Position numbers and translations under genes: made by a program
Origin: Ignavibacteriota bacterium
Lineage (GTDB): Bacteria > Bacteroidota > Ignavibacteria > UBA10030 > UBA6906
Direction of reading: 5' to 3'
Assembly (NCBI GenBank): GCA_963801355.1
Contig: CAWDEM010000004.1
Location: 704,001-768,000, forward strand
DNA: 64,000 bases
In this document: piece after piece, positions 19,310-28,272 of the stretch
How positions within the stretch are numbered: position 1 is the stretch's first letter
Layout: each line of letters begins with the position of its first letter
Notes under the pieces: model-generated
What the model was told of the DNA's origin: nothing
The model's input: the letters and a program-made list of their open reading frames with translations, nothing else
The model's database searches: none

Positions 19310-21133
19310 ATGAACACGAAGCGTTTCCTCACGTTGTTCCTGCTCATGCTGGTGGGATCTCCGTCCTGGTTGTCAGCGCAATACTGGGGCGAGCGCGTTC
19401 TGGAGAAGGGATTCGAGCAGACCGAGTTCTTCTTCGCGCCAAACCACCTGATGCCTTACGGCATAGGAAGCTTCAAAGGAACCACGGTCGGGCTGCTGGG
19501 CGACCCGCTGCAGGAGATCATCGTGAATCCGTCGCGTCTCGGATTGGATTCCACACGTGATGCCTGGCTCTACACAGATTTCCGCGGAGCGAAGAATGTT
19601 ACGGAGAAAGAGAACTGGGTTGTACCGGCCTACATGAATCTGTATGATGTACGGTACGCAGCCAGTTCGTCTGTTTATATGCCCTATCCAAGAATATACC
19701 TGGAGACCCGACGCGAACTGGAGCCTGTATTTTCCGGTGGCGCCATTGTCCGTCCGCTTCCTGAAACAGCGCCGGGTCTCTACGCCGCCGCAACGTACCA
19801 ATACATCCTTCAGGATGCGAAGTACTACAGCGTTCCTCAGAATATTTACAGAACCGCCGCCGGATATGATTTCAATGGAAGAACAGTGGCAGCCTCGGAG
19901 ACGATGCCGATTGTCGACAAGTACAGTGGCAAGGACAATATGCGCCAGGCAGGGCATTTTGCATCGGTCTATGTCCGGTATGGGGCCCCCTGGGGACTGG
20001 ATCTGGGTGCGACGCTCAGCCGGGCGATGTTTCATCGCGACGGCAGTTACGGTTCCCAAAACTACTGGGATTACTCGGGCAGCTCGACATCACTCTGGTC
20101 GAACATGGAGGCACGTGCGCAGAGCTACGCGGCCTGGGATCTGGGGGGTGGTGTGACGTATCACGTTAATGATAACGTTGCCTTCGGCGTGACAGCGGGA
20201 AATCTCTGGGGCGACGCAGTGCAGGCGCTGCATGCGACCGATTCCTCGTACCATCTGTACAACTCCACGACATATGACAGCTACTACAACCGGTCGGGCA
20301 ACGGACTCTACCAGTGGAACCACCAGGGAACCACCTCGTACTACGGGGCGGATATTCTTGCACGCACATCGCCGGCAATGAGGATGAACGTTTATTATCG
20401 GCACCAGAAATCAACAATTGATATTGGTCTGGCCTCGAGTGTTCTCGATACGAGTTACAGCACCTACGCAAACAGATACAACGAACAACCATACTCCAGC
20501 ATATCGCGATCGATTCTCTCGGACACGAGATCGGGAGGCGGGACGCAGCATATCACCACCGACCGTCTGATGGGAACCCTTCGGTGGCAGATGGACGATC
20601 GCGTTGAGCTCTCCATCGGGGCACAACTGGAGTGGTACACGATGGAGATCTCCACGAGCGAATCGGTCGTGATGGCCAGCCGGTATGAGTACCGGCAATC
20701 GCAAGAAAACTACAACTGGCGATCCACCCAGGATGAGTCGAAGGACCTTCGCTGGACGTTCGCGTCGAAGCGCTCGAGCCTGCAGATCCCCGTGTTCCTC
20801 ACACTCCGGGCGTCGAAACTCCTGCAATTCATGATCGGTATCAACAGGGACATGACATCGTGGAATATTGATGAAGTAACGCTGGCGCTCTTCCGCTACA
20901 GGTACGAGGACTACAATGGCACCCTGACGCAGAACAGCAATTTCGGCGAGCGGTACACTGTTCCGGCCGAACATGTCAGTGATGTGCGGACGACGTTCCT
21001 CGCAGGGATCGGGGTGTCACCATCGGAAAAGCTCAATCTGCGCCTGCTGATGGTACCGAACTTCCGCGAAGGGTTTGACGGGCAGGAGTTGGACCAGCTG
21101 CAGCTCTGGTTGGGATTGATCGTGACCCCGTAA
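19310..21133 (+). CDS. Hypothetical exported protein, probable outer-membrane beta-barrel
   Basis: GGGAG RBS; signal peptide; IIVNPSRL (FadL/TbuX-like NPA motif); Tyr/Ser-rich amphipathic strands. Confidence 0.6.
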   Translation: MNTKRFLTLFLLMLVGSPSWLSAQYWGERVLEKGFEQTEFFFAPNHLMPYGIGSFKGTTVGLLGDPLQEIIVNPSRLGLDSTRDAWLYTDFRGAKNVTEKENWVVPAYMNLYDVRYAASSSVYMPYPRIYLETRRELEPVFSGGAIVRPLPETAPGLYAAATYQYILQDAKYYSVPQNIYRTAAGYDFNGRTVAASETMPIVDKYSGKDNMRQAGHFASVYVRYGAPWGLDLGATLSRAMFHRDGSYGSQNYWDYSGSSTSLWSNMEARAQSYAAWDLGGGVTYHVNDNVAFGVTAGNLWGDAVQALHATDSSYHLYNSTTYDSYYNRSGNGLYQWNHQGTTSYYGADILARTSPAMRMNVYYRHQKSTIDIGLASSVLDTSYSTYANRYNEQPYSSISRSILSDTRSGGGTQHITTDRLMGTLRWQMDDRVELSIGAQLEWYTMEISTSESVVMASRYEYRQSQENYNWRSTQDESKDLRWTFASKRSSLQIPVFLTLRASKLLQFMIGINRDMTSWNIDEVTLALFRYRYEDYNGTLTQNSNFGERYTVPAEHVSDVRTTFLAGIGVSPSEKLNLRLLMVPNFREGFDGQELDQLQLWLGLIVTP

Positions 21134-21187
21134 GTTGCATTTTCAGCCTCTTCTCACTTAATTGGCGCACGTGACTACGGTGCGCCA

Positions 21188-21826
21188 ATGCCTTATCTGA
21201 TCAAAGAAATCTACTATACGCTGCAGGGTGAGGGGGTCCATGCGGGGAGACCTGCGGTGTTCTGTCGATTCTCGGGGTGTAATCTGTGGAGCGGCAAGGA
21301 AGAAGGCCGGGATACTGCACGCTGTCAGTTTTGCGATACCGATTTCGCCGGCACTGACGGGCCGGGCGGAGGATCGTACTCCTCCGCCCGGGAACTCGCT
21401 CATGCCATCGTTGCGCTCTGGCCTTCGGATGGAGAAACAGAGCCCCCCTACGTCGTCTGCACCGGCGGTGAGCCCTTGCTCCAGCTCGATTCCTCCCTGC
21501 TTCACGCCCTGCATGCAGCGGGCGTGACGGTGGCGGTGGAAACAAACGGCACGCTTCCTGCCCCGGAAGGCATCGATTGGCTGTGTGTGAGTCCGAAGGC
21601 GAACGCGGAGCTGCGCTTGACATCAGGGCACGAACTCAAGCTCGTGTATCCTCAGGACGGCGCCGACCCTTCGCATTTCGTAGCCCTCGATTTCAAGAAC
21701 TTTCTGTTGCAGCCAATGGATGGACCGTTGCGCGAGATACACACCCGTCTTGCTGTCAAGTATTGCCTGAACCACCCGCAATGGAGGCTCAGTCTCCAGA
21801 CGCACAAATTGCTGGGATTGCCGTAA
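21188..21826 (+). CDS. queE: 7-carboxy-7-deazaguanine synthase, radical SAM, CX14CX2C type
   Basis: EIYYTLQGEG, CNLWSGKEEGRDTARCQFCDTDF, TGGEPLLQ, ETNG, VSPK, LSLQTHK. Confidence 0.95.
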   Translation: MPYLIKEIYYTLQGEGVHAGRPAVFCRFSGCNLWSGKEEGRDTARCQFCDTDFAGTDGPGGGSYSSARELAHAIVALWPSDGETEPPYVVCTGGEPLLQLDSSLLHALHAAGVTVAVETNGTLPAPEGIDWLCVSPKANAELRLTSGHELKLVYPQDGADPSHFVALDFKNFLLQPMDGPLREIHTRLAVKYCLNHPQWRLSLQTHKLLGLP

Positions 21827-22013
21827 CCTCGTACATTGCCGAGATTCTATATTCGCAACCTCGTGCACCCGTTGGTGCTGTTGCCTCATTGGTAAATCGA
21901 GTCGAACGTTGGTTGCATAAAGACAATCCAGAGCGTACATTGCTTTCAGTTACCTTCCTAGTCGATCGCAGGTCAGTCCGTTTGTTACACTCTCTTTCAA
22001 GCGGGGCAATCGT

Positions 22014-23369
22014 ATGAAAATACTGCGTGGTGTTGCGTTGATCTGTGCCGCCATGGTGCCGGTGGGTGCCATCGCACAAGCTCCCAAAGCCGGCGATGAC
22101 GCGTTGGGCACACGGAAGTATGAAAACTTTGAGCGCCCCACCTTTTGCGGGGCGTCCTGCCATGTGGATTTCTACCAGCAGTGGCAGCAGGCAATGATGT
22201 CCCAGGCGTACACGCACCACTGGGATGAGATCGAGTACTTCAAGCTTGCCGTGCCGCATGCCGAAATCGATCCGATCGTTGCGGGCGTGAAAGCGGGCTG
22301 CAATGGCTGCCATACGCCCATGGCGTTTCTCGCGAATGATGTGCCACCGCCGAAGCCCGAAGCGAAGAGCCGCGCCAACGAATCGGTGCACTGCGATATC
22401 TGCCATACCGTCACAGGGTTCAAGGGAGACACGCCTTTCAACTACAATTTCTATTCGGAACCCGGCAGAGTGAAATACGGTCCACGGGACGGCCTGGTGT
22501 CTCCGGCCCATGAAACGAAGAAGTCCGATTTCCATAAGTCGGCGGAGCTCTGCGGCACCTGCCACAACGAGAAAGACCCGCGAGGCATCTGGGTCAAGTC
22601 GACCCATCTCGAATGGAAAGAGGGGCCGTACGGAAAGCAGGGTGTACCCTGTCAGCAGTGCCATATGACCTATGCGCCGGGGCGGAACGCCACGATGTCG
22701 GCGGAACTCCCGGATGCCGCCCAACATCTCTTCCACGGCGCACATGACAACGGCAAGGTGCGGGGAACCATAGAACTGCGGATCCATCCCGACATTCGCG
22801 AGGTGGAACCGGGCGAGCGTATGAAGTTCACCGTTGCGCTGTTCAACCAGAAAGCCGGACACAAGTTTCCGACCGGTTCGGCCGAAGAACGAATGGTCTG
22901 GCTGCACGTTGAGGCAACAGACGCGAAGGGAAACGTGTTCCATCTGCCTGTCGACAAGAAAGGATTCACCGGAGAAGAATACACCATCGCGGCCAACACG
23001 CTCGCTTATCAGGACATGGGGATCCCGCTCAAGATTCCGGATTTCCAGGGCGTCCAGCGTGACGGTGTGCCCGTGGGAGACAGGATCTTCCGTCTTCCGT
23101 ATCTGGACCCGCAGGGCCGGATGACCATCATGCAATGGAACACGGCATCCCAGTCCACCGACTATCGCATCGGTCCGCGGGAGACAAAGATCGAAACGTT
23201 CACCTGGAGCATACCCACAAACTGTGCGCCGGGAACTCTCACGGTGAAAGCCACATTGAATTACCAGAAACTGCCGACCCCGATCGTAGAGTTCCTCGGC
23301 GTTCCGAAGGAAGAGGCGGAGACTGTTGAAGTGAACACGCATTCCACCAGTGTAACCATATTGCCGTAG
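22014..23369 (+). CDS. Periplasmic multiheme c-type cytochrome (c554/c552-like) with C-terminal beta domain
   Basis: Signal peptide; CGASCH, CNGCH, CDICH, CGTCH, CQQCH; AGHKFPTG. Confidence 0.9.
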   Translation: MKILRGVALICAAMVPVGAIAQAPKAGDDALGTRKYENFERPTFCGASCHVDFYQQWQQAMMSQAYTHHWDEIEYFKLAVPHAEIDPIVAGVKAGCNGCHTPMAFLANDVPPPKPEAKSRANESVHCDICHTVTGFKGDTPFNYNFYSEPGRVKYGPRDGLVSPAHETKKSDFHKSAELCGTCHNEKDPRGIWVKSTHLEWKEGPYGKQGVPCQQCHMTYAPGRNATMSAELPDAAQHLFHGAHDNGKVRGTIELRIHPDIREVEPGERMKFTVALFNQKAGHKFPTGSAEERMVWLHVEATDAKGNVFHLPVDKKGFTGEEYTIAANTLAYQDMGIPLKIPDFQGVQRDGVPVGDRIFRLPYLDPQGRMTIMQWNTASQSTDYRIGPRETKIETFTWSIPTNCAPGTLTVKATLNYQKLPTPIVEFLGVPKEEAETVEVNTHSTSVTILP

Positions 23370-23377
23370 GGACTTCC

Positions 23378-24538
23378 ATGACCAGATCATTTGTGTCGCT
23401 CGTGTGTGTGCTGCTGCTGTGCGCTGCAACCCTGACGGATGCGTATGCCATTCCCGCCTTTGCGCGCAAGTACGATATGTCCTGCAATACCTGCCATCAT
23501 CCCGTCCCGAAACTGAAGCCCTATGGCGACGAATTCGCCGGTAACGGATTTGTGCTGGCCGACAAGGAAGCGCCCCGTGCATTCCGCGAGACCGGCGACG
23601 AACTGCTCATGCTGTTGCGAGAGCTTCCTTTTGCCATCCGGCTCGAGGGCTTCGGCCGCTGGCAACCCGGTTCAGAAGGCCGTACAGACATGCAGTGGCC
23701 GTATTTGGTGAAATTGCTTTCCGGCGGACAGATCGCCAAGGATATCTCCTACTACTTCTATTTCTTCTTTGGCGAACGGGGGGAAGTGGCGGGACTTGAA
23801 GACGCGTTTCTTATGTTCAACAACGTCTTCAACTCTCCGCTGGACGTCTATCTCGGTCAGTTTCAGGTATCGGATCCCCTGTTTAAACGTGAATTGCGGC
23901 TGACACTGGAGGACTATCAGATCTACAGAGTCAAGCCCGGGAAATCGATGGCGAACCTCACCTATGATCGCGGCGTCATGCTGACATATGGATTGCCCTC
24001 CGGTACGGACATCGCCGTGGAGATCCTGAATGGTGCAGGGATCGGAGCTGCTGATGCCGCGCGCCAATTTGACAGTGACAAATACAAGAATACGTTCTTC
24101 CGTGTTTCGCAGGATCTCGCCGAGAACCTGCGTCTTGGAGGATTTGTCTACTGGGGCCGCGAGGCGGAGGGAGACAAGACGAACACGCTCTGGATGGCCG
24201 GTCCGGATCTGACGGTTGCGGCAGAGAACGTTGAGTTGAATGTGCAGTATGTCGAGCGAAGGGACGACAATCCGTTCTATCTGACGGGCGGCTACCAGGT
24301 GAAAACGCGCGGTGCGTTTGGAGAGCTGATCATTACCCCGGGAGGCGACAAGGGGCGCTGGTATGGCGCGGCGTTGATGAACTGGGTCGATTCGGAAGTG
24401 GATGCTCTGGATTACCGGACGCTCACTGGGCATGTCGGGTACTTGCTTGCCCGTAATTTCCGTCTTGTGGGAGAGTACACCTACGATCTGGAAGCAAAGG
24501 CGCACCGCGTGAGCGCAGGATTCATCACGGCTTTTTAA
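23378..24538 (+). CDS. Cyc2-like monoheme cytochrome c-porin fusion
   Basis: Signal peptide, then IPAFARKYDMSCNTCHHPVPKLKPYGDEFAGNGF; beta-barrel body; terminal Phe. Confidence 0.8.
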   Translation: MTRSFVSLVCVLLLCAATLTDAYAIPAFARKYDMSCNTCHHPVPKLKPYGDEFAGNGFVLADKEAPRAFRETGDELLMLLRELPFAIRLEGFGRWQPGSEGRTDMQWPYLVKLLSGGQIAKDISYYFYFFFGERGEVAGLEDAFLMFNNVFNSPLDVYLGQFQVSDPLFKRELRLTLEDYQIYRVKPGKSMANLTYDRGVMLTYGLPSGTDIAVEILNGAGIGAADAARQFDSDKYKNTFFRVSQDLAENLRLGGFVYWGREAEGDKTNTLWMAGPDLTVAAENVELNVQYVERRDDNPFYLTGGYQVKTRGAFGELIITPGGDKGRWYGAALMNWVDSEVDALDYRTLTGHVGYLLARNFRLVGEYTYDLEAKAHRVSAGFITAF

Positions 24539-24568
24539 TGCAGCACATCAACACGGAGTGAGGGCACG

Positions 24569-25351
24569 ATGCCGCCGCAGGTGAAGAACCGCATGCCTGT
24601 GCTGTTTGTCGGGCACGGCAGCCCGATGAATGCGATCGAAAGGAATGCATACAGCCAGGCGTGGGAAGAAATGGGCAGAAAACTTCCCAGGCCCGAAGCG
24701 GTGCTGTGCGTCTCCGCGCATTGGGAGAGTGACGGGACGCGTGTCACCGCAATGGTGTCGCCACGGACGATCCATGATTTCTACGGTTTTCCCCGGGAGC
24801 TTTTCGCGGTGGAGTACAACGCGCCGGGGTCGTCTGCACTCGCAAAGCGTGTAGCCGGATTATGCCGTTCAACCTCCGTAGGAAGTGATGCATCCTGGGG
24901 ATTGGATCACGGTACATGGTCGGTGCTGTCTCGCATGTACCCCGCTGCGGATATCCCTGTCGTACAGCTCAGCCTCGATCGCGCGAAGACGCCCGCCGCG
25001 CACTATGCCCTGGGAAAGGAGCTGGCGCCTCTTCGTCGCGAAGGAATTCTGATACTCGGAAGCGGCAATATTGTGCACAATCTCGCGATACTGGACTGGG
25101 GAGGGAGCGCCTACGGTTGGGCGACGGAGTTTGACAAAAGAATTGCAGGCATGATTACGCAGCAGGATCATCAGGGAATTCTAGCCCTCCTGGACCGGCG
25201 AGAAGAGGTACGGCTGGCTATCCCCACTGATGAGCATTTCCTTCCGCTGTTGTATTGCCTTGCCGTCCAGGAGAAGGACGACAACCTGTCATTTTTCACG
25301 GAAGAGGTCACCCTGGGTTCGATTTCGATGAGGTCCATTCACATCCGCTGA
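24569..25351 (+). CDS. ygiD: 4,5-DOPA extradiol dioxygenase family (LigB/YgiD)
   Basis: FVGHGSPMNA, VSAHW, TIHDFYGFP, GLDHGTW, GSGNIVHNL, PTDEHFLPL. Confidence 0.93.
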   Translation: MPPQVKNRMPVLFVGHGSPMNAIERNAYSQAWEEMGRKLPRPEAVLCVSAHWESDGTRVTAMVSPRTIHDFYGFPRELFAVEYNAPGSSALAKRVAGLCRSTSVGSDASWGLDHGTWSVLSRMYPAADIPVVQLSLDRAKTPAAHYALGKELAPLRREGILILGSGNIVHNLAILDWGGSAYGWATEFDKRIAGMITQQDHQGILALLDRREEVRLAIPTDEHFLPLLYCLAVQEKDDNLSFFTEEVTLGSISMRSIHIR

Positions 25352-25388
25352 GCACAGTACTCAATGTGGGAAAGTTCGGAGGAATGCC

Positions 25389-26126
25389 ATGAAGATACAT
25401 GCAGTGCTGTTGTGTGCCGCGACGCTGCTGGCGTTTCAGGGAGCCGGTGCGAATGCAGGATTCGAGAAAGACACCATCGCGACGACAGCGGGGGATCTGG
25501 TTATCACGTTCATCGGACACGGGACGCTGATGATGCAGGTGGGGGGAAAGACGATTCATATCGACCCGGTCTCGCAGTATGCTGACTATGATGCCTTACC
25601 CAAAGCGGACGTCATTCTGATTACCCATCATCACGGCGACCATTGCGATGCCGCGGCGATCGAGAAGATACAAACAGCGGCAACCACGACGATTCTGACG
25701 GCAGCCTGTGCACAGAAGATCACGCGCGGGATTGTCCTCGCGAACAATGCGATGCGAACCATAGGAGATATGACCGTGAGTGCTGTGCCTGCGTACAACC
25801 TCAAGCACGGCCCCACAGAGGGAAAAGTATTCCACCCGAAGGGCGAAGGAAACGGCTACATTCTTACCGTGGGGAAGACGCGTGTGTATGTGGCCGGTGA
25901 CACGGAAAATTCGCCGGAGATGAAGGCGCTGAAGAATATCGACGTCGCTTTTCTGCCGATGAACCTGCCGTATACGATGACGCCGGAAATGGTTGCGGAT
26001 GCGGCGAGAGCATTCAGACCGAAAATCCTCTACCCGTACCACTACGGCCGTACAGACGTGAATTCGCTTCTGGAGCTTCTGAAGAAGGACAGAGCGATCG
26101 AGGTGCGTGTACGGCAACTGCAGTAA
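25389..26126 (+). CDS. Exported MBL-fold metallo-hydrolase
   Basis: Signal peptide; ITHHHGDHCD, YVAGDT, YPYHY. Confidence 0.88.
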   Translation: MKIHAVLLCAATLLAFQGAGANAGFEKDTIATTAGDLVITFIGHGTLMMQVGGKTIHIDPVSQYADYDALPKADVILITHHHGDHCDAAAIEKIQTAATTTILTAACAQKITRGIVLANNAMRTIGDMTVSAVPAYNLKHGPTEGKVFHPKGEGNGYILTVGKTRVYVAGDTENSPEMKALKNIDVAFLPMNLPYTMTPEMVADAARAFRPKILYPYHYGRTDVNSLLELLKKDRAIEVRVRQLQ

Positions 26127-26158
26127 CGTGCGTTCCCGCCCGAGGTGTGCGCCCGAGC

Positions 26159-27019
26159 TTACGCGGGATAGTTCTGGAGGACCCCGCGTGCGATGTTGAG
26201 GACCATTGTCCGCAATTCTTCGGGTTCGAGCACGGTCACGCCTTTACCCCGGCTCACGACCCAGCTTGCCACCTCGGTAAGCGAGTTAACCGTCGCCTCA
26301 AAGGTGACCGAGCCGTCGGTATCTTCAGTAATCACCTGGGTTTCCAGCATCTGCTGGGGCTTGATCCGCTCCGCCCATGTGCGGTCGAGGCGAAGCTTGA
26401 TGTGATGTTCCTCCGTCCCGATCCAGCTGCGGAATGAATGGCGAAAGACCCGGTCGATCTCATCGTGCGAAGGGGGTGTGAATTTCTTGTCGAGAGGACG
26501 CACGTGTAGCAATTTGTTGAGATGATATTGCTTCATTCTTCCCTCGTCGAGACTCAGGACACGCCAGTATCCTTCGCTGCTGAAAATGAGAAGGGGCCGC
26601 AGTTCGATGTTTTTCTCCCTGCGCCGGTCGTCTTTCTGGTAATCGATCCGCACCACCTTCCTCTGCTCGATGCACTGCTGGAGCCGTACGAGGTTGCTGA
26701 GCGATTGCCCCCTGACCTTCTTTACCATGAGGCGGGTGGCGCGATCGGCGCCTCCCTCTGCCGTGCACAACCCCATGTACTGAATGATCAGACGCCGGAG
26801 AGTCCCGGTGTCGACGTCGCGTCCGATCTGAATCCCTTTGCCGCGCTCTGAGTGGATGTCAATTCCCTCACTGCGAAGGTCCCGCATGTCGCGTTTGATC
26901 GTCGGGACGTCTCTATCGAAGAATACGGCGAAATCGCTCACGCCGTAGCACTCGGTGTTGTCAAGAGCGAGCCCGAGGAGTTCTATCTTGCGTTTGAGAT
27001 TCGTCTGGAGTTCAAGCAT
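26159..27019 (-). CDS. HTH-WYL-WCX transcriptional regulator with degenerate WYL motif
   Basis: HTH with TIKRDMRDLR; VVRIDY...LRPLLI...YWRV; WCX-like C-terminus VLEPEELR. Confidence 0.85.
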   Translation of the reverse strand: MLELQTNLKRKIELLGLALDNTECYGVSDFAVFFDRDVPTIKRDMRDLRSEGIDIHSERGKGIQIGRDVDTGTLRRLIIQYMGLCTAEGGADRATRLMVKKVRGQSLSNLVRLQQCIEQRKVVRIDYQKDDRRREKNIELRPLLIFSSEGYWRVLSLDEGRMKQYHLNKLLHVRPLDKKFTPPSHDEIDRVFRHSFRSWIGTEEHHIKLRLDRTWAERIKPQQMLETQVITEDTDGSVTFEATVNSLTEVASWVVSRGKGVTVLEPEELRTMVLNIARGVLQNYPA

Positions 27020-27109
27020 GGCGGCTCTCCGTGGGGGTACAAGGATGAAACAATCTCGCAAAATGGAGGACCATTCGCAACGAGTGCATTGGCGGGCCAT
27101 ATTGCATTT

Positions 27110-27149
27110 GTTCATCGTGATGATGAACTTTCACTGTCAGAATTGTGAA
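27110..27149. promoter_or_regulatory. Inverted repeats in the divergent WYL/UroD intergenic region, candidate operator
   Basis: GTTCATC-N5-GATGAAC (27110-27128), then TTCAC-N10-GTGAA. Confidence 0.35.
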
Positions 27150-27154
27150 CCCCC

Positions 27155-28237
27155 ATGCGCCATCGTGACCGAGTCACTGCAGCCCTGAAGCGCGAACCCG
27201 TTGACCGGGTCCCCATCTGGATGTGGTTTCACCCCGCCACTCTTGCGCGCCTTGCGCGGCATCTTGGCATCCCGGAACAACGGGTGGCCGATGCCATGGG
27301 GGATGACATCCGGCAAACCTGGGTCGGCAACAACTTCGCCATGGAGGGGATTACTCATGATCGTGAAGGGGAGGGGCATACCGACTATTGGGGCATCGAG
27401 TGGGTGCGGGAGGGTTTCTTCAACCAGATCAAGAGATCACCGCTGGCGAACGCGAACGTGGAGGCGATTCCGGGATACATGTTTCCGTACGATCGTACGG
27501 ATGATCTCCTGAGGCTCATGGACCCCGTGATCGCCAATCGCAACGACTTCTTTATCGGTTGCGATATCTCCCCCTGTCTGCTCGAACTTCTGTTCCGCAT
27601 TCGCGGGATGGAGGATACACTGCTGGATCTGGCCGCCGCGCCGGAATCTGCGGCTGTGCTCCTGGAGAAAGCGGCGGATTTTTCCGTCCATCTGGCGCGC
27701 GAAGCGTGCAAGCGTTTCCCGCTTGACTGGTTGTGGACCGGAGACGACGTCGGCGGACAGCAGGCAATGATGCTGAGCCCGCAACGCTGGCGCGCATCAA
27801 TTCGTCCACACCTCTCCCGCATCTTCGCCGTCGGGAAGAAGAGCAACCTGCCTGTCGCGTATCATTCCTGCGGAGCCATCCGCCCGATCATACCCGATCT
27901 GATCGAGATCGGGCTGACCATACTCAACCCCATCCAGTGCAATTGTCCGGGTATGGAACCGTCAAGCCTGAAGAAGGAATTCGGCCGCAATCTCGTGTTC
28001 ATGGGGGGAGTGGACACGCAGGAGCTGCTCCCACGGGGTACAGCCGATGAGGTGTTCCGGGAAACGTTGAGGCTTGTCGATAACATGACAACAGACGGCG
28101 GGGGATATATTCTCGCTGCGTCGCATTCCGTGCCTCCGGAAACGCCGCTGGAAAACGTGTTTGCCATGTATGCCGCAGCCGGAGAGTCACGCGAAGCAAT
28201 TATGGACCGTGCCGCCGCGATCCGTGCCGGACACTAA
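27155..28237 (+). CDS. Uroporphyrinogen decarboxylase/methyltransferase superfamily protein (not canonical HemE)
   Basis: DRVP, RGME, GDDVGGQ, YHSCG, LNPIQ, FMGGVDTQ, GGYILAASH, ETPLEN. Confidence 0.88.
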   Translation: MRHRDRVTAALKREPVDRVPIWMWFHPATLARLARHLGIPEQRVADAMGDDIRQTWVGNNFAMEGITHDREGEGHTDYWGIEWVREGFFNQIKRSPLANANVEAIPGYMFPYDRTDDLLRLMDPVIANRNDFFIGCDISPCLLELLFRIRGMEDTLLDLAAAPESAAVLLEKAADFSVHLAREACKRFPLDWLWTGDDVGGQQAMMLSPQRWRASIRPHLSRIFAVGKKSNLPVAYHSCGAIRPIIPDLIEIGLTILNPIQCNCPGMEPSSLKKEFGRNLVFMGGVDTQELLPRGTADEVFRETLRLVDNMTTDGGGYILAASHSVPPETPLENVFAMYAAAGESREAIMDRAAAIRAGH

Positions 28238-28272
28238 GGGGAGTTGAAATTCCGGGTCACGAGAGTACGGCG

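Noticed and set aside
21789-23582. 597-aa antisense ORF over the cytochrome gene
   Set aside because: In-register shadow of a GC-rich gene; no recognisable motifs
26159-27019. WYL gene as a marker of a defence island
   Set aside because: No restriction, BREX, CBASS or toxin genes adjacent; the Pycsar-like gene is more than 20 kb away
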